Below, piece by piece: positions 16,549 to 24,968 of a DNA stretch of 33,264 nt. Position numbers and translations under genes: made by a program. A model generated the notes under the pieces. The model searched no databases. It was given only the letters and a program-made list of their open reading frames with translations, and was not told where the DNA came from. Position 1 is the first letter of the stretch; each line of letters starts with the position of its first letter. This DNA is from Pirellulales bacterium (lineage in GTDB: Bacteria; Planctomycetota; Planctomycetia; Pirellulales; JAICIG01), in assembly GCA_035606815.1 (NCBI GenBank), contig DATNEC010000629.1:1-33264 (forward strand), in the 5' to 3' direction.

Positions 16549-16642
16549 TCGAAGCGGAAGAGGTCTTGCGCATAGGGCCGCCGGGGCTGATACAATAGGA
16601 TCTTCGCAGAGGACGGGCTTCGCTTTTCGATAGGGATCTGCC

Positions 16643-17209
16643 ATGAGCACCATCGCTCGTCTGTCGCTCGAACAATACGAACGGATGATCGAGGCCGGCG
16701 TGTTCGATTCGACCAAGCCGGAACATATCGAACTCATTCATGGGGAGCTTCGCGAAATGACGCCCATGGGTTCGGCGCACCAGCTTGCCTTGAATGTGCT
16801 GGACAACGACTGGACGAGGAAGCTCTCCATGCCCGAGGGCGTATGGGTGCAGACGCAAGCTCCGATTACGCTCTCGAACCAGCGAAGCATGCCCGAACCT
16901 GACATGGTCTGGATCGCAAAACAGGATCTCTCGAAGCCTCGCCCCGACGCGGCCGACGTGTTCTTGCTCATCGAGATCTCCGAGAGCAGCCTGGTCTACG
17001 ACCGCGGCGAAAAGGCCGATCTCTACGCCGCGGCGGGCATCAAGGACTATTGGATCGTCAACCTGCCGGATAAGTGCGTCGAAGTGCGCCGCGAGCCGCG
17101 CGACGGGCGCTATCAAAGCGTCGAAAGCTTCTCGCGCGGCGCCGAGATCGCACCACTGGCGTTTCCAAAGCTTGCCTTGCCGGTGGCGTTGCTGTTCGGC
17201 GAGAAATAA
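16643..17209 (+). CDS. Uma2 family (DUF820) PD-(D/E)xK endonuclease
   Basis: Typical Uma2 pattern: LSLEQYERMIEAGVF, ELIHGELREMTPMGSAH, PEPDMVW, LLIEISESSLVYDRGEKADLYAAAGIKDYWIVNL. Confidence 0.9.
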   Translation: MSTIARLSLEQYERMIEAGVFDSTKPEHIELIHGELREMTPMGSAHQLALNVLDNDWTRKLSMPEGVWVQTQAPITLSNQRSMPEPDMVWIAKQDLSKPRPDAADVFLLIEISESSLVYDRGEKADLYAAAGIKDYWIVNLPDKCVEVRREPRDGRYQSVESFSRGAEIAPLAFPKLALPVALLFGEK

Positions 17210-17263
17210 GATCGCAGAGGCGGCATTCTGCCGTGTTTCGTAGTTTAAAGATCGAGCGCTACT

Positions 17264-17983
17264 ATGGCTGAGCCGGGCCAATCGCAAACTGCATCGCAGC
17301 CTGCCGGCTTCCGCTTTTCGTTGCGGGCATTGTTTTTCTTCTTGTTTGTCGCCGGCCTGGCATTTTCGCATCTGGTCGCATCTTGGCGGCTGAATGACGC
17401 GACGGAAAGAATATGCCTGTTGAATCAGGAAAATCTTAAGCTTCGTCGCAAATTGGGATACTTGGATATCGAAGACCCTGACAAGCTGTGCGCGGCAGCG
17501 TCGCCGCAATTCATGTTGGAGGATCTGAGGTGGCGTTGGCAAACGTATGTCCCGCGGGCGGGCTTCCGCCTCCATGCCGCGCTGAACGCAATCCCGGTCG
17601 ACGGAATGCCTGACTCAAGAGCAACGGTGAGGCAGATTAAATTGCCTCGGGGCGAAATCACCCTCGATGCCGCCATCCGGCAAGATCATTCCGGCCAGTG
17701 GGAACTTGTAGTAAGCGTACCTTCTACGGATGGGTCAGCGTCTGAATTCATGATCGTTCAGATCCCTGAAGCATATGTGGGGTGGCTGGCTCCTGGCAAA
17801 AGCGGCGGCGGAATGTATTCCAGCTACCGATCAGTCGCGACCGGAGAGCCTTTAGTCTTGATCCGCTATCGCCGGCCAAAAAAGTTTCCGGATCTTCACA
17901 ACGAACCGGATTTTCACACTGAAGCCGATCCCATGCCATGTGAAGGCGTTATGCTTTGGATCGATGAACAAAAGCCAGCATAG
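17264..17983 (+). CDS. hypothetical membrane-anchored protein (FSLRAL-motif N-terminus)
   Basis: N-terminal RFSLRALFFFLFVAGLAF TM anchor followed by a soluble domain. Visibly lower GC than its neighbours. The 3' end overlaps or abuts the hemY start. No family recognised. Confidence 0.6.
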   Translation: MAEPGQSQTASQPAGFRFSLRALFFFLFVAGLAFSHLVASWRLNDATERICLLNQENLKLRRKLGYLDIEDPDKLCAAASPQFMLEDLRWRWQTYVPRAGFRLHAALNAIPVDGMPDSRATVRQIKLPRGEITLDAAIRQDHSGQWELVVSVPSTDGSASEFMIVQIPEAYVGWLAPGKSGGGMYSSYRSVATGEPLVLIRYRRPKKFPDLHNEPDFHTEADPMPCEGVMLWIDEQKPA

Positions 17984-19439
17984 CGTGCAATCCCTCACGA
18001 CGAGCTCGCCCGGCCCTCACTCTCCTCGCCGCGTCGCCGTGATCGGCGGCGGCATTTCGGGGTTGGCCGCTGCGCACCGCCTGACGGAACTCGATCCGGC
18101 GATCGAGATCGTGTTGTTCGAGGCCGCCGATCGGCTGGGAGGCGTGCTGCAAACCACGCGGCGGGACGGCTACCTGCTCGACCATAGCGCCGACAGCTTC
18201 ATCACCAACGTTCCCTGGGCGCTCGACCTGTGCCGCCGAATCGGCATGGCCGATGAACTGATTCAAACGAGCGAAACCGGCCGCCGGGCGCTGGTCGTGC
18301 GCCGCGGCAAGCTCTATCCCGTCCCTGAAGGTTTTACGCTGATGGCGGCGGCCAAGATTTGGCCGGTGCTCTCGACGCCCATTCTCAGTCCGTGGGGCAA
18401 GCTGCGGTTGGCGATGGAATACTTCGTACCACGAAGAACGGACGACGGCGACGAAAGCCTGGCCTCGTTCGCCCGGCGGAGGCTGGGCAATCAGGTCTTC
18501 GAGCGGTTGGTGCAGCCGCTGGCCGCCGGCATTTATACGGCCGACGCCGAGCGCCTGAGCCTGGCCGCCGCATTTCCCCGCTTTCGCGAAATGGAACGCC
18601 GCCACGGCAGCCTGATTCGCGCGGCCCGCTGCGAAGCCAAGCGCGTCGCCGCCGCCGCGGAACAAGCCAGCGGCGCGCGGTACAGTCTGTTCGTCGCCCC
18701 GCGCGATGGGCTGGCCAGCCTGGTCGAGGCCATCGCCCGCCGCTTGCCGGAGGGTTCGGTGCGGCTGAATTCGCCCATCGAACGTCTGGCCGCGCGCGCC
18801 GAGGGCGGCTGGAACGTATGGGTCGCGGGACAGACGGAAGCGGAAGCGTTTTCCGCGGTGATCGTGGCCTTGCCGGCGCCGCGCGCCGCACGACTTTTGA
18901 AAGAAGTCGATGACCAACTATCCGGCCACCTGGCGGAGATTCGCTACGCCGGCTCGGCCGTCGTGCTCCTCGGTTATCGCCGCGACCAGATCGCCCGTCC
19001 GCTGGACGGGTTCGGGTTCGTCGTGCCGGAAATCGAGCGCCGCAAGATCCTGGCCGCCAGTTTCAGCAGCCTGAAGTTCGCCGGCCGCGCGGCCGACGAT
19101 CGGGTGCTGATTCGCGCGTTCGTCGGCGGCGCCAGCCGGCCGGACCTGGTCGAGGCGTCCGACGACGAACTGCGGCGGATCGTGACCGGCGAACTGGGCG
19201 AATTGCTTGGAGTCTCCGGCGAGCCGGAATTGTTTCAGGTTTGCCGCTGGGCCGGCAAGATGCCGCTGTACCATCTCGGCCACGTCGAGTTGGTGGAGCG
19301 GATCGAAAGCCATGTCGCGGCGCTGCCGAACTTCGCCCTGGCAGGCAACGCCTATCACGGCGTCGGCATCCCTCAGTGCATCCACAGCGGCGAACAAGCC
19401 GCCCAGCGCGTGGCCCCCAACTGGCATGGCGCCGGTTGA
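17964..19439 (+). CDS. hemY: protoporphyrinogen / coproporphyrinogen III oxidase (HemY/CgoX family, FAD-dependent)
   Basis: FAD fold VAVIGGGISGLAAAHRL, LFEAADRLGGVLQT, and a C-terminal NFALAGNAYHGVGIPQCIHSGEQAA block typical of HemY. Start options: GTG 17940, ATG 17964 (20-nt overlap with the upstream CDS), or GTG 17985 (1 nt after the upstream TAG). Confidence 0.9.
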   Translation: MNKSQHSVQSLTTSSPGPHSPRRVAVIGGGISGLAAAHRLTELDPAIEIVLFEAADRLGGVLQTTRRDGYLLDHSADSFITNVPWALDLCRRIGMADELIQTSETGRRALVVRRGKLYPVPEGFTLMAAAKIWPVLSTPILSPWGKLRLAMEYFVPRRTDDGDESLASFARRRLGNQVFERLVQPLAAGIYTADAERLSLAAAFPRFREMERRHGSLIRAARCEAKRVAAAAEQASGARYSLFVAPRDGLASLVEAIARRLPEGSVRLNSPIERLAARAEGGWNVWVAGQTEAEAFSAVIVALPAPRAARLLKEVDDQLSGHLAEIRYAGSAVVLLGYRRDQIARPLDGFGFVVPEIERRKILAASFSSLKFAGRAADDRVLIRAFVGGASRPDLVEASDDELRRIVTGELGELLGVSGEPELFQVCRWAGKMPLYHLGHVELVERIESHVAALPNFALAGNAYHGVGIPQCIHSGEQAAQRVAPNWHGAG

Positions 19440-19497
19440 CGCACTTCTCTATGATCTCTCGGCCTAAATCAGGCGCGATTCGTCAAGGAGGACGACC

Positions 19498-20793
19498 GTG
19501 GATTCCATCAAGACCCTATTTTTGGCCGGGCTGATGTCCGCCGCCGCTTACGGCGTCTACGTCACCGTCACGGCCAGCCCGCCCGCCGCGCCCCCCAAGG
19601 ACGCGCCCAAGGAATGGGAAAATCCGCAGATTGAATTGCCGACCGAAGGCGCGGCGGGCCCGCAAGCGGCAGTCGAGGGGGCCGCCCCGACCGTCGAACT
19701 GGATTCTGCCGCGGGCAATCCGGGAGCGCCGCCGGCCCCGCCGGTGGGCAGCGCGGCGCCTCCGTTTGCCGCCGCCGACTCCGCCGCCGCGCCGCCCGGT
19801 TACCCCGATGCCGATCCGAACGTCTCGGCGCCGGCCGATTCGCAAACGAGTCTTTTTGCCGGCAATTCGCAAGCCGCCCCCCAGGACCGCTATCCGCCGA
19901 GCGACGCTCGCACGCCCGGGGCCGAAGCCGCAGCAGCCGATCGTTACCCGAGCCAGTATTCATCGGCCGACCGGTCACAAGCCGCGCCCCGTTACCCCGA
20001 TGGGGCCAAGGATCCGTCCGCCGTTCGCGTCGGCTACGACGAGCAGTCGCAGCCGCCGGGCGGCGGCGCGCACGCCGAATTCCTGGCGGCCTGGGACGCA
20101 GCCATGCTGTCGCTCGAGCAAAACCGCCTGGCCGACGCCCACCTGGCGCTATCCGAGTGGTACGCCAATCCTTCGCTGTCGCCCGAAGAAGACGCCCAGC
20201 TCATGGAATTGCTCGATCGCCTGGCCGGCACCGTGATCTATTCGCGTCAGCACCTGCTCGAACGCGCCCACGAAGTGCAGCCGGGCGAAACGCTCGACCG
20301 CATCGCCGACATGTATGAAGTGCCCTGGCAGGTGCTGGCCAACATCAACGGCGTCAGCGACCCGCAGCGCATCCGGCCGGGCGAGCTGCTCAAGGTGGTG
20401 CATGGGCCGTTCGACGCCGCGGTCGAACTCGACCGCTTTCGACTGACTCTGTTCTTGCAAGGTCGCTACGCCGGCCGTTTCCGCATCGGCATCGGCAAGC
20501 ACCAAACCACTCCGGAAGGCGAGTTCGCGGTCTTGCAAAAACTGACGAACCCGACCTATTACGGCGATCAAGAAGTGATCGACCAGAACGATCCCAACAA
20601 CCCGCTCGGCGAATACGCGCTCGATCTGGGCGATCATATTCTGATCCACGGCACGAACGATCCGCAGAGCATCGGCCGCGCCGACTCGCGAGGCTGTATC
20701 CGGCTGGACAACCGCGACGTCAAGGATGTGTTCGAGATTCTCTCGGCCCGCACCGACCGCTCCGGCGGCTCGAAGGTCACGATCCGCCGCTAG
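19498..20793 (+). CDS. LysM domain-containing L,D-transpeptidase (YkuD family) with N-terminal TM and Pro/Ala-rich linker
   Basis: GTG start with AAGGAGG 7 nt upstream. LysM block (HEVQPGETLDRIADMYEVPWQVLANINGVSDPQRIRPGELLKV). YkuD catalytic block (ILIHGTNDPQSIGRADSRGCIRL). Confidence 0.9.
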   Translation: MDSIKTLFLAGLMSAAAYGVYVTVTASPPAAPPKDAPKEWENPQIELPTEGAAGPQAAVEGAAPTVELDSAAGNPGAPPAPPVGSAAPPFAAADSAAAPPGYPDADPNVSAPADSQTSLFAGNSQAAPQDRYPPSDARTPGAEAAAADRYPSQYSSADRSQAAPRYPDGAKDPSAVRVGYDEQSQPPGGGAHAEFLAAWDAAMLSLEQNRLADAHLALSEWYANPSLSPEEDAQLMELLDRLAGTVIYSRQHLLERAHEVQPGETLDRIADMYEVPWQVLANINGVSDPQRIRPGELLKVVHGPFDAAVELDRFRLTLFLQGRYAGRFRIGIGKHQTTPEGEFAVLQKLTNPTYYGDQEVIDQNDPNNPLGEYALDLGDHILIHGTNDPQSIGRADSRGCIRLDNRDVKDVFEILSARTDRSGGSKVTIRR

Positions 20794-20870
20794 CGCCCTG
20801 GTCGATCCTCGGGCGCGGTGGTATAGAGAAGGCCGTTCTCTCCGCTGTTCTCTCCCGTAAAGACGCGACC

Positions 20871-21425
20871 GTGTACGACAAACAGGCCCTGCAGGCGATG
20901 GTCCGCAACAAGGCGCTCCAGTTCGGCGACTTTACGCTGGCCTCGGGCAAAAAGGCGAAATACTACCTCGACGGCAAACAGGTCACGCTCGATTCGACCG
21001 GCGCGCGGCTGGTCGGCGAGGGAATTCTCGATCTGCTCGGCGACGAGCTCCCGCAAGCCGTGGGCGGCATGTCGATCGGCGCCGATCCGATTACCGCGGC
21101 CATCGTAACCATTGCGGGCGTTCGCGGCCGCGAGCTGTCGGGCTTCATGGTCCGCAAGGAAGCCAAGGGCCACGGCGCCCAGCGATATATCGAAGGGCCG
21201 GTGCAGCCCGGCGACCGCGTGGCGATCGTGGAAGATGTCGTCACCACGGGCGGTTCTTCGCTGCAAGCGATCGAGCGCTGCGAGGAATTCGGCCTGACCG
21301 TGACGCGGGTGATCGCGATTATCGATCGCATGGAGGGGGGAGCGCAGGCTTTTCAGGCCCGCGGCTATCCGTTCGCCAGCCTGCTGTCGATCAAGGATTT
21401 CGGCATCGATCCGCCGCACGGTTGA
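20871..21425 (+). CDS. pyrE: orotate phosphoribosyltransferase
   Basis: LQFGDFTLASGKKAKYYLD, and the PRPP-binding loop VAIVEDVVTTGGSSLQAIE. Length of 184 aa is typical. GTG start. Confidence 0.95.
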   Translation: MYDKQALQAMVRNKALQFGDFTLASGKKAKYYLDGKQVTLDSTGARLVGEGILDLLGDELPQAVGGMSIGADPITAAIVTIAGVRGRELSGFMVRKEAKGHGAQRYIEGPVQPGDRVAIVEDVVTTGGSSLQAIERCEEFGLTVTRVIAIIDRMEGGAQAFQARGYPFASLLSIKDFGIDPPHG

Positions 21426-22126
21426 AGATGGAAACTTCGCTGCACCGAGAGCTGAAGCGCATTTACGCCGGCGCCGATGCGCAGTCGGAGGTGCGGCACG
21501 GCAAGTATCGCATCGACGTGGTCGACGGCGACGAGCTGGTCGAAATCCAGCACGGCTCGTTGGCGGCGATTCGCGACAAAGTCCGCGAATTGCTCGAGAC
21601 CCACGCGGTGCGGGTCGTCAAGCCGATCATCGCCGGCAAGCTGCTGGTGAAACGCTCTCGCAAGCAAGGCCCGGTCGCCGAGCGGCGTCGCAGTCCCAAA
21701 CAGGGAACCTTGTTCAGCCTGTTCGACGAGTTGGTCTACTTCACCAAGGTCTTTCCTCACCCGCGGCTGACGCTCGAAGTCGTGCTGGTCGACGTCGAAG
21801 AGTGGCGCTATCCGGGCCGCGGCCGCCGGCGCCGCTATCGAAAGAACGATTTCGTGATCGAAGACCAAAAGCTCTGCCAGGTTCTAAGCACCCACCGATT
21901 TCGCACGGCCGCCGATCTGGCGGCGTTGGTCCCAACTCATCTGCCGGCGCCCTTCCACTCCGGGCAGCTCGCGGACGCGCTCGGCGTGCTGCGCCCGGTC
22001 GCCCAGCGCATCGCCTACTGCTTTCGCGAAACGGGAGCCGCGCGGCTGGTCGGCAAGCAAGGCAATGCCTTGCTGTATGAGCTTGCCGCGGCGCCGGCCG
22101 CAAAACGCCGCCGCAAAGCCGCGTGA
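21422..22126 (+). CDS. hypothetical protein; N-terminal PD-(D/E)xK (CoiA-like) nuclease motif, possible C-terminal winged helix
   Basis: SLHRELKRIY..SEVRHGKYRIDVVDGDELVEIQHGSL matches the H..lK / E / RxDv / EiQ pattern of CoiA-type nuclease cores, as I recall it. The C-terminus (SGQLADALGVLRPVAQRIAYCFRETGAARLVGKQGNALLYEL) looks wHTH-like. TTG 21422 overlaps the pyrE stop (TTGA); ATG 21428 is an alternative start. Confidence 0.6.
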   Translation: MKMETSLHRELKRIYAGADAQSEVRHGKYRIDVVDGDELVEIQHGSLAAIRDKVRELLETHAVRVVKPIIAGKLLVKRSRKQGPVAERRRSPKQGTLFSLFDELVYFTKVFPHPRLTLEVVLVDVEEWRYPGRGRRRRYRKNDFVIEDQKLCQVLSTHRFRTAADLAALVPTHLPAPFHSGQLADALGVLRPVAQRIAYCFRETGAARLVGKQGNALLYELAAAPAAKRRRKAA

Positions 22127-22155
22127 ACTTGACCAGTTCTCGCAAACTGCGGGCT

Positions 22156-22189
22156 TTGGAGGATGCAGCCAAGAGCGGCTTTCCTCCAA
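22156..22189 (+). terminator. hairpin downstream of 21422..22126 (weak intrinsic-terminator candidate)
   Basis: TTGGAGGA (22156..22163) pairs with TCCTCCAA (22182..22189), with an 18-nt loop, followed by the T-rich TCGGTTTCGATTTCC. It lies 30 nt after the stop at 22126. The U-tract is interrupted. Confidence 0.3.
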
Positions 22190-22282
22190 TCGGTTTCGAT
22201 TTCCGCTCCGCCATTGACCGATCTTTGAGAAAGGGACCGTCCTTGTTGCGGTGGGTGCGATGCGTCGGCAATCGAGGAAGTA

Positions 22283-24892
22283 ATGAGCCGCGAGCGGATT
22301 TCGAGTTGGCCCTTCCTGTTCGTGCTGGCCGGTTTGTTCGTGCTGAGCGTTGCGGCGCCGCGCGGCTGGCGAAAGATTGCGCACCACCCAGCGCCGCGAA
22401 TCGCGACGAAGACCCGTCGAATCGCGGCGACAGCGGCCCGGCGCCAGCGGCCGACGCGAAATGAGATCGTCTCGCCCGAGGCCGTCGCGCTGCGGCCCGC
22501 CGCACATCAACCCGCCGCGCCGCGGCCGCTGGAGCGCAGCAAGCCGATCGGCAAGATTCTAAACGAGGTCAAGCCGACGCAGGCGCCCGACGATGCGCCG
22601 GTCGAAGCGTCCCCAAAAACTGAGCCGACGCCGACCATTGAACTGCCGATCGAACCGCAACTCGAGCCTGGCCCGTCGCCCGGCGAGCCGCCCGCCGCGA
22701 GCACGCAGCCCAAGGCGCTCGTTGCGGTTCGCGAACGGCCCCAGCGCGGGACTCCCGATCTGCAATCGCCGCCGACCCTGCAGCCGGCGCGGTCTATGAA
22801 AGGGCCGGCGCCGGATGGCATCGCTGCCAAACGCAAGCATCGGTCGCTAAAAAAACCGGCAGAAGCCCAGGGTGCGTCGAAGTTCTGGCAATTGCCCGAA
22901 GTATTGATGGCCAATCTCGACCGGCTGGCGCTCGATTGCGAGGCGACCGAGTGGGCCACTCGCACGGGCGACCTGATCCGCGAACTGTGCCGGCTGGAAG
23001 GACCGCAAACGGCGCGGGCCGCCGAGATCGTGACGGAGCTGCAGGCGCTCGCCGCGAGCGAGCGCGCCTTGGAAAAGCCGCTGGCCGACCCTCGCTCGGC
23101 GGCGGCTTGGAGACGCATTCATCACGCCCTCGTGCGGCACGTGCAGATTTGGCAGTTGACGCCTGAACTGGCGCGGACCTCAAAGGAGATCGGCAAGCCC
23201 GCTTCGGCCGAGCGTTCGCGTTTGTCGAATTGCCTGGCGGAGGTAGCCGCCTTGACCGACGGCGATCCGGCAGGCCGCGCCTGGCGCCAGTATCTGCAGT
23301 TCGACGCGCTGAGCGCGATGGCGCGGCGCGGCTTGGACGAAACCTCGCAGCGCGAGTTGGTTCGCCGCGTGCTCGCCAAGCTCGAGCGCGCCAGCCTCGA
23401 CGAACGCCAGCGGCAATTCATCGCCGCCGGCCCGCTGGCTGCGCTCGACCACGAGTTGCACCACTGGACGGCCGAACCGATCGATCCAGGGCGGTTGCTG
23501 CTGGCTTTGGAGCGGTTCGAAGAATCGGGGCTGCCGAGCGATGCGCAAGCGGTGGCCCAATGCGTGCGGAAGATCGCCGATTGGCCAGGGTCGGCCGCCG
23601 AAAAGACCCAAGCCTGGCTCGACGCCAACTACCGCAGTTCGAATCTGCGAGTCTCGATTTCGGCCGAGTTCCTCAATCGGCTGGTTCCGCGGCAAGACCC
23701 GATCGAAGCCCCGGTGCGCGATCGCATTCTGGGCGTGCCGACGCGAGGTTGGAGCACCACGACGGCGGATTTGGGCGTTCGGCTGATTCCCGATCCGCAC
23801 CGAGTGCATCTGGCCTTGGAGGTCCAAGGGCAGGTTTCGGCGCGCACCGCGTCGCGCAGCGGCCCCGCCACCTTCTACAGCCACAGCGACGGCGAATACC
23901 TGGCCCGCAAGGAGCTCACGATCGGCCTGGCGGGGCTGCACACGCAGCCGGCCCAGGCCGACGCTTCCAGCTCGCCCGAGTTGCGAGCCGTCGAAACGGA
24001 CTACGACTACATCCCCTTGATCGGCCTGGTGATCGAGGAGATCGCCCGCGCCAAGCATGCCGAGCAGGAAGGCGCCGTGCGGCGGATCGCGCAGCAGCGC
24101 GTCGCATCGCGCGTTCAAGAAGAGCTTGACGCGGCGGTCGAATCGAAGCTGAAGCTGGCCAACGAACAATTTCGGACGCGCGTGCTGAAGCCGCTCAAGG
24201 ATCTCTCACTCGAGCCGGCCGTGGTCGGCATGCAAACCAGCGAACAGCGGCTCACACTGCGGTTGCGCCTGGCGGCCGACGAGCAATTGGCCGCCTGCAC
24301 GCCGCGCCCGCAGGCCCTCTCCGATAGCCTCGTCAGCGCGCAGATTCATCAATCGCTGCTGAACAACGTCTGCGAGCGGTTGCGGCTGGACGGGGCGTCG
24401 TTCACGCTGCCCGATTTGCAACGGCATCTGGCCCACACGCTCGGTCTCGATCTGGCGACGTTTTCCGAAGAATATCCAAGCGACATGCAGATCAAGTTTG
24501 CGCCGCGCGACGCGGTGCGCATTCGCTTCATCAGCGGCCGCATCCAGGCCACGTTGGCGATCGCCGAACTGCACAAGCATCCGGCCGCGTGGCGCGACTT
24601 CCAGGTCCGCGTCCACTACAAGCCCGTGCGGCGCGGCATGCAACTCTCCTTCGTTCGCGACGGCACGGTACAGCTCTGGGGCGAGCGGTTCGGGGCGCAG
24701 CCGCAGATCGCCTTGCGGGGGATCTTCAGCCGCGTGTTTTCGCAAGACCGGCAGTTGAGCTTGCTCGAACCCAAGCAGGCCCGCGATCCGCGCCTCGCCG
24801 GGTTGGAGTTCACCCAATGCGTGGTGACCGACGGCTGGCTCGGCCTTTCGATCGGCCCCCGCCGCGTGCAGCGGACGGCCAGCAAGCGGTAA
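22283..24892 (+). CDS. large hypothetical membrane-anchored protein (869 aa)
   Basis: GAGGAAG lies 3 nt upstream of ATG 22283. N-terminal anchor [18 protein letters not shown], basic/Pro-rich linker, helical middle, beta-rich C-terminal half. The frame is far more protein-like than the overlapping antisense ORFs. No family recognised. Confidence 0.75.
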   Translation: MSRERISSWPFLFVLAGLFVLSVAAPRGWRKIAHHPAPRIATKTRRIAATAARRQRPTRNEIVSPEAVALRPAAHQPAAPRPLERSKPIGKILNEVKPTQAPDDAPVEASPKTEPTPTIELPIEPQLEPGPSPGEPPAASTQPKALVAVRERPQRGTPDLQSPPTLQPARSMKGPAPDGIAAKRKHRSLKKPAEAQGASKFWQLPEVLMANLDRLALDCEATEWATRTGDLIRELCRLEGPQTARAAEIVTELQALAASERALEKPLADPRSAAAWRRIHHALVRHVQIWQLTPELARTSKEIGKPASAERSRLSNCLAEVAALTDGDPAGRAWRQYLQFDALSAMARRGLDETSQRELVRRVLAKLERASLDERQRQFIAAGPLAALDHELHHWTAEPIDPGRLLLALERFEESGLPSDAQAVAQCVRKIADWPGSAAEKTQAWLDANYRSSNLRVSISAEFLNRLVPRQDPIEAPVRDRILGVPTRGWSTTTADLGVRLIPDPHRVHLALEVQGQVSARTASRSGPATFYSHSDGEYLARKELTIGLAGLHTQPAQADASSSPELRAVETDYDYIPLIGLVIEEIARAKHAEQEGAVRRIAQQRVASRVQEELDAAVESKLKLANEQFRTRVLKPLKDLSLEPAVVGMQTSEQRLTLRLRLAADEQLAACTPRPQALSDSLVSAQIHQSLLNNVCERLRLDGASFTLPDLQRHLAHTLGLDLATFSEEYPSDMQIKFAPRDAVRIRFISGRIQATLAIAELHKHPAAWRDFQVRVHYKPVRRGMQLSFVRDGTVQLWGERFGAQPQIALRGIFSRVFSQDRQLSLLEPKQARDPRLAGLEFTQCVVTDGWLGLSIGPRRVQRTASKR

Positions 24893-24968
24893 GCGGCCCA
24901 TTGCACTGCTTGCGCAGCCCGGCACAATGAGGGCGGGGCTCCGCTTCGTTCCCACAGAAACCGACGCA

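Noticed and set aside
16595-17223. Gapped direct repeat ATAGGATCTTCGCAGAGGACGG (16595..) / ATAAGATCGCAGAGGCGG (17206..) bracketing the Uma2 gene
   Set aside because: It is short and needs two indels to align, so it could easily be chance. It is insufficient as evidence for a target-site duplication or mobility of the Uma2 gene.
16160-17575. 471-aa minus-strand ORF spanning the esterase 3' end, Uma2 and the next gene
   Set aside because: It crosses three well-supported + strand genes and two intergenic spacers. Its composition is Arg/Ala-rich and it shows no motifs.
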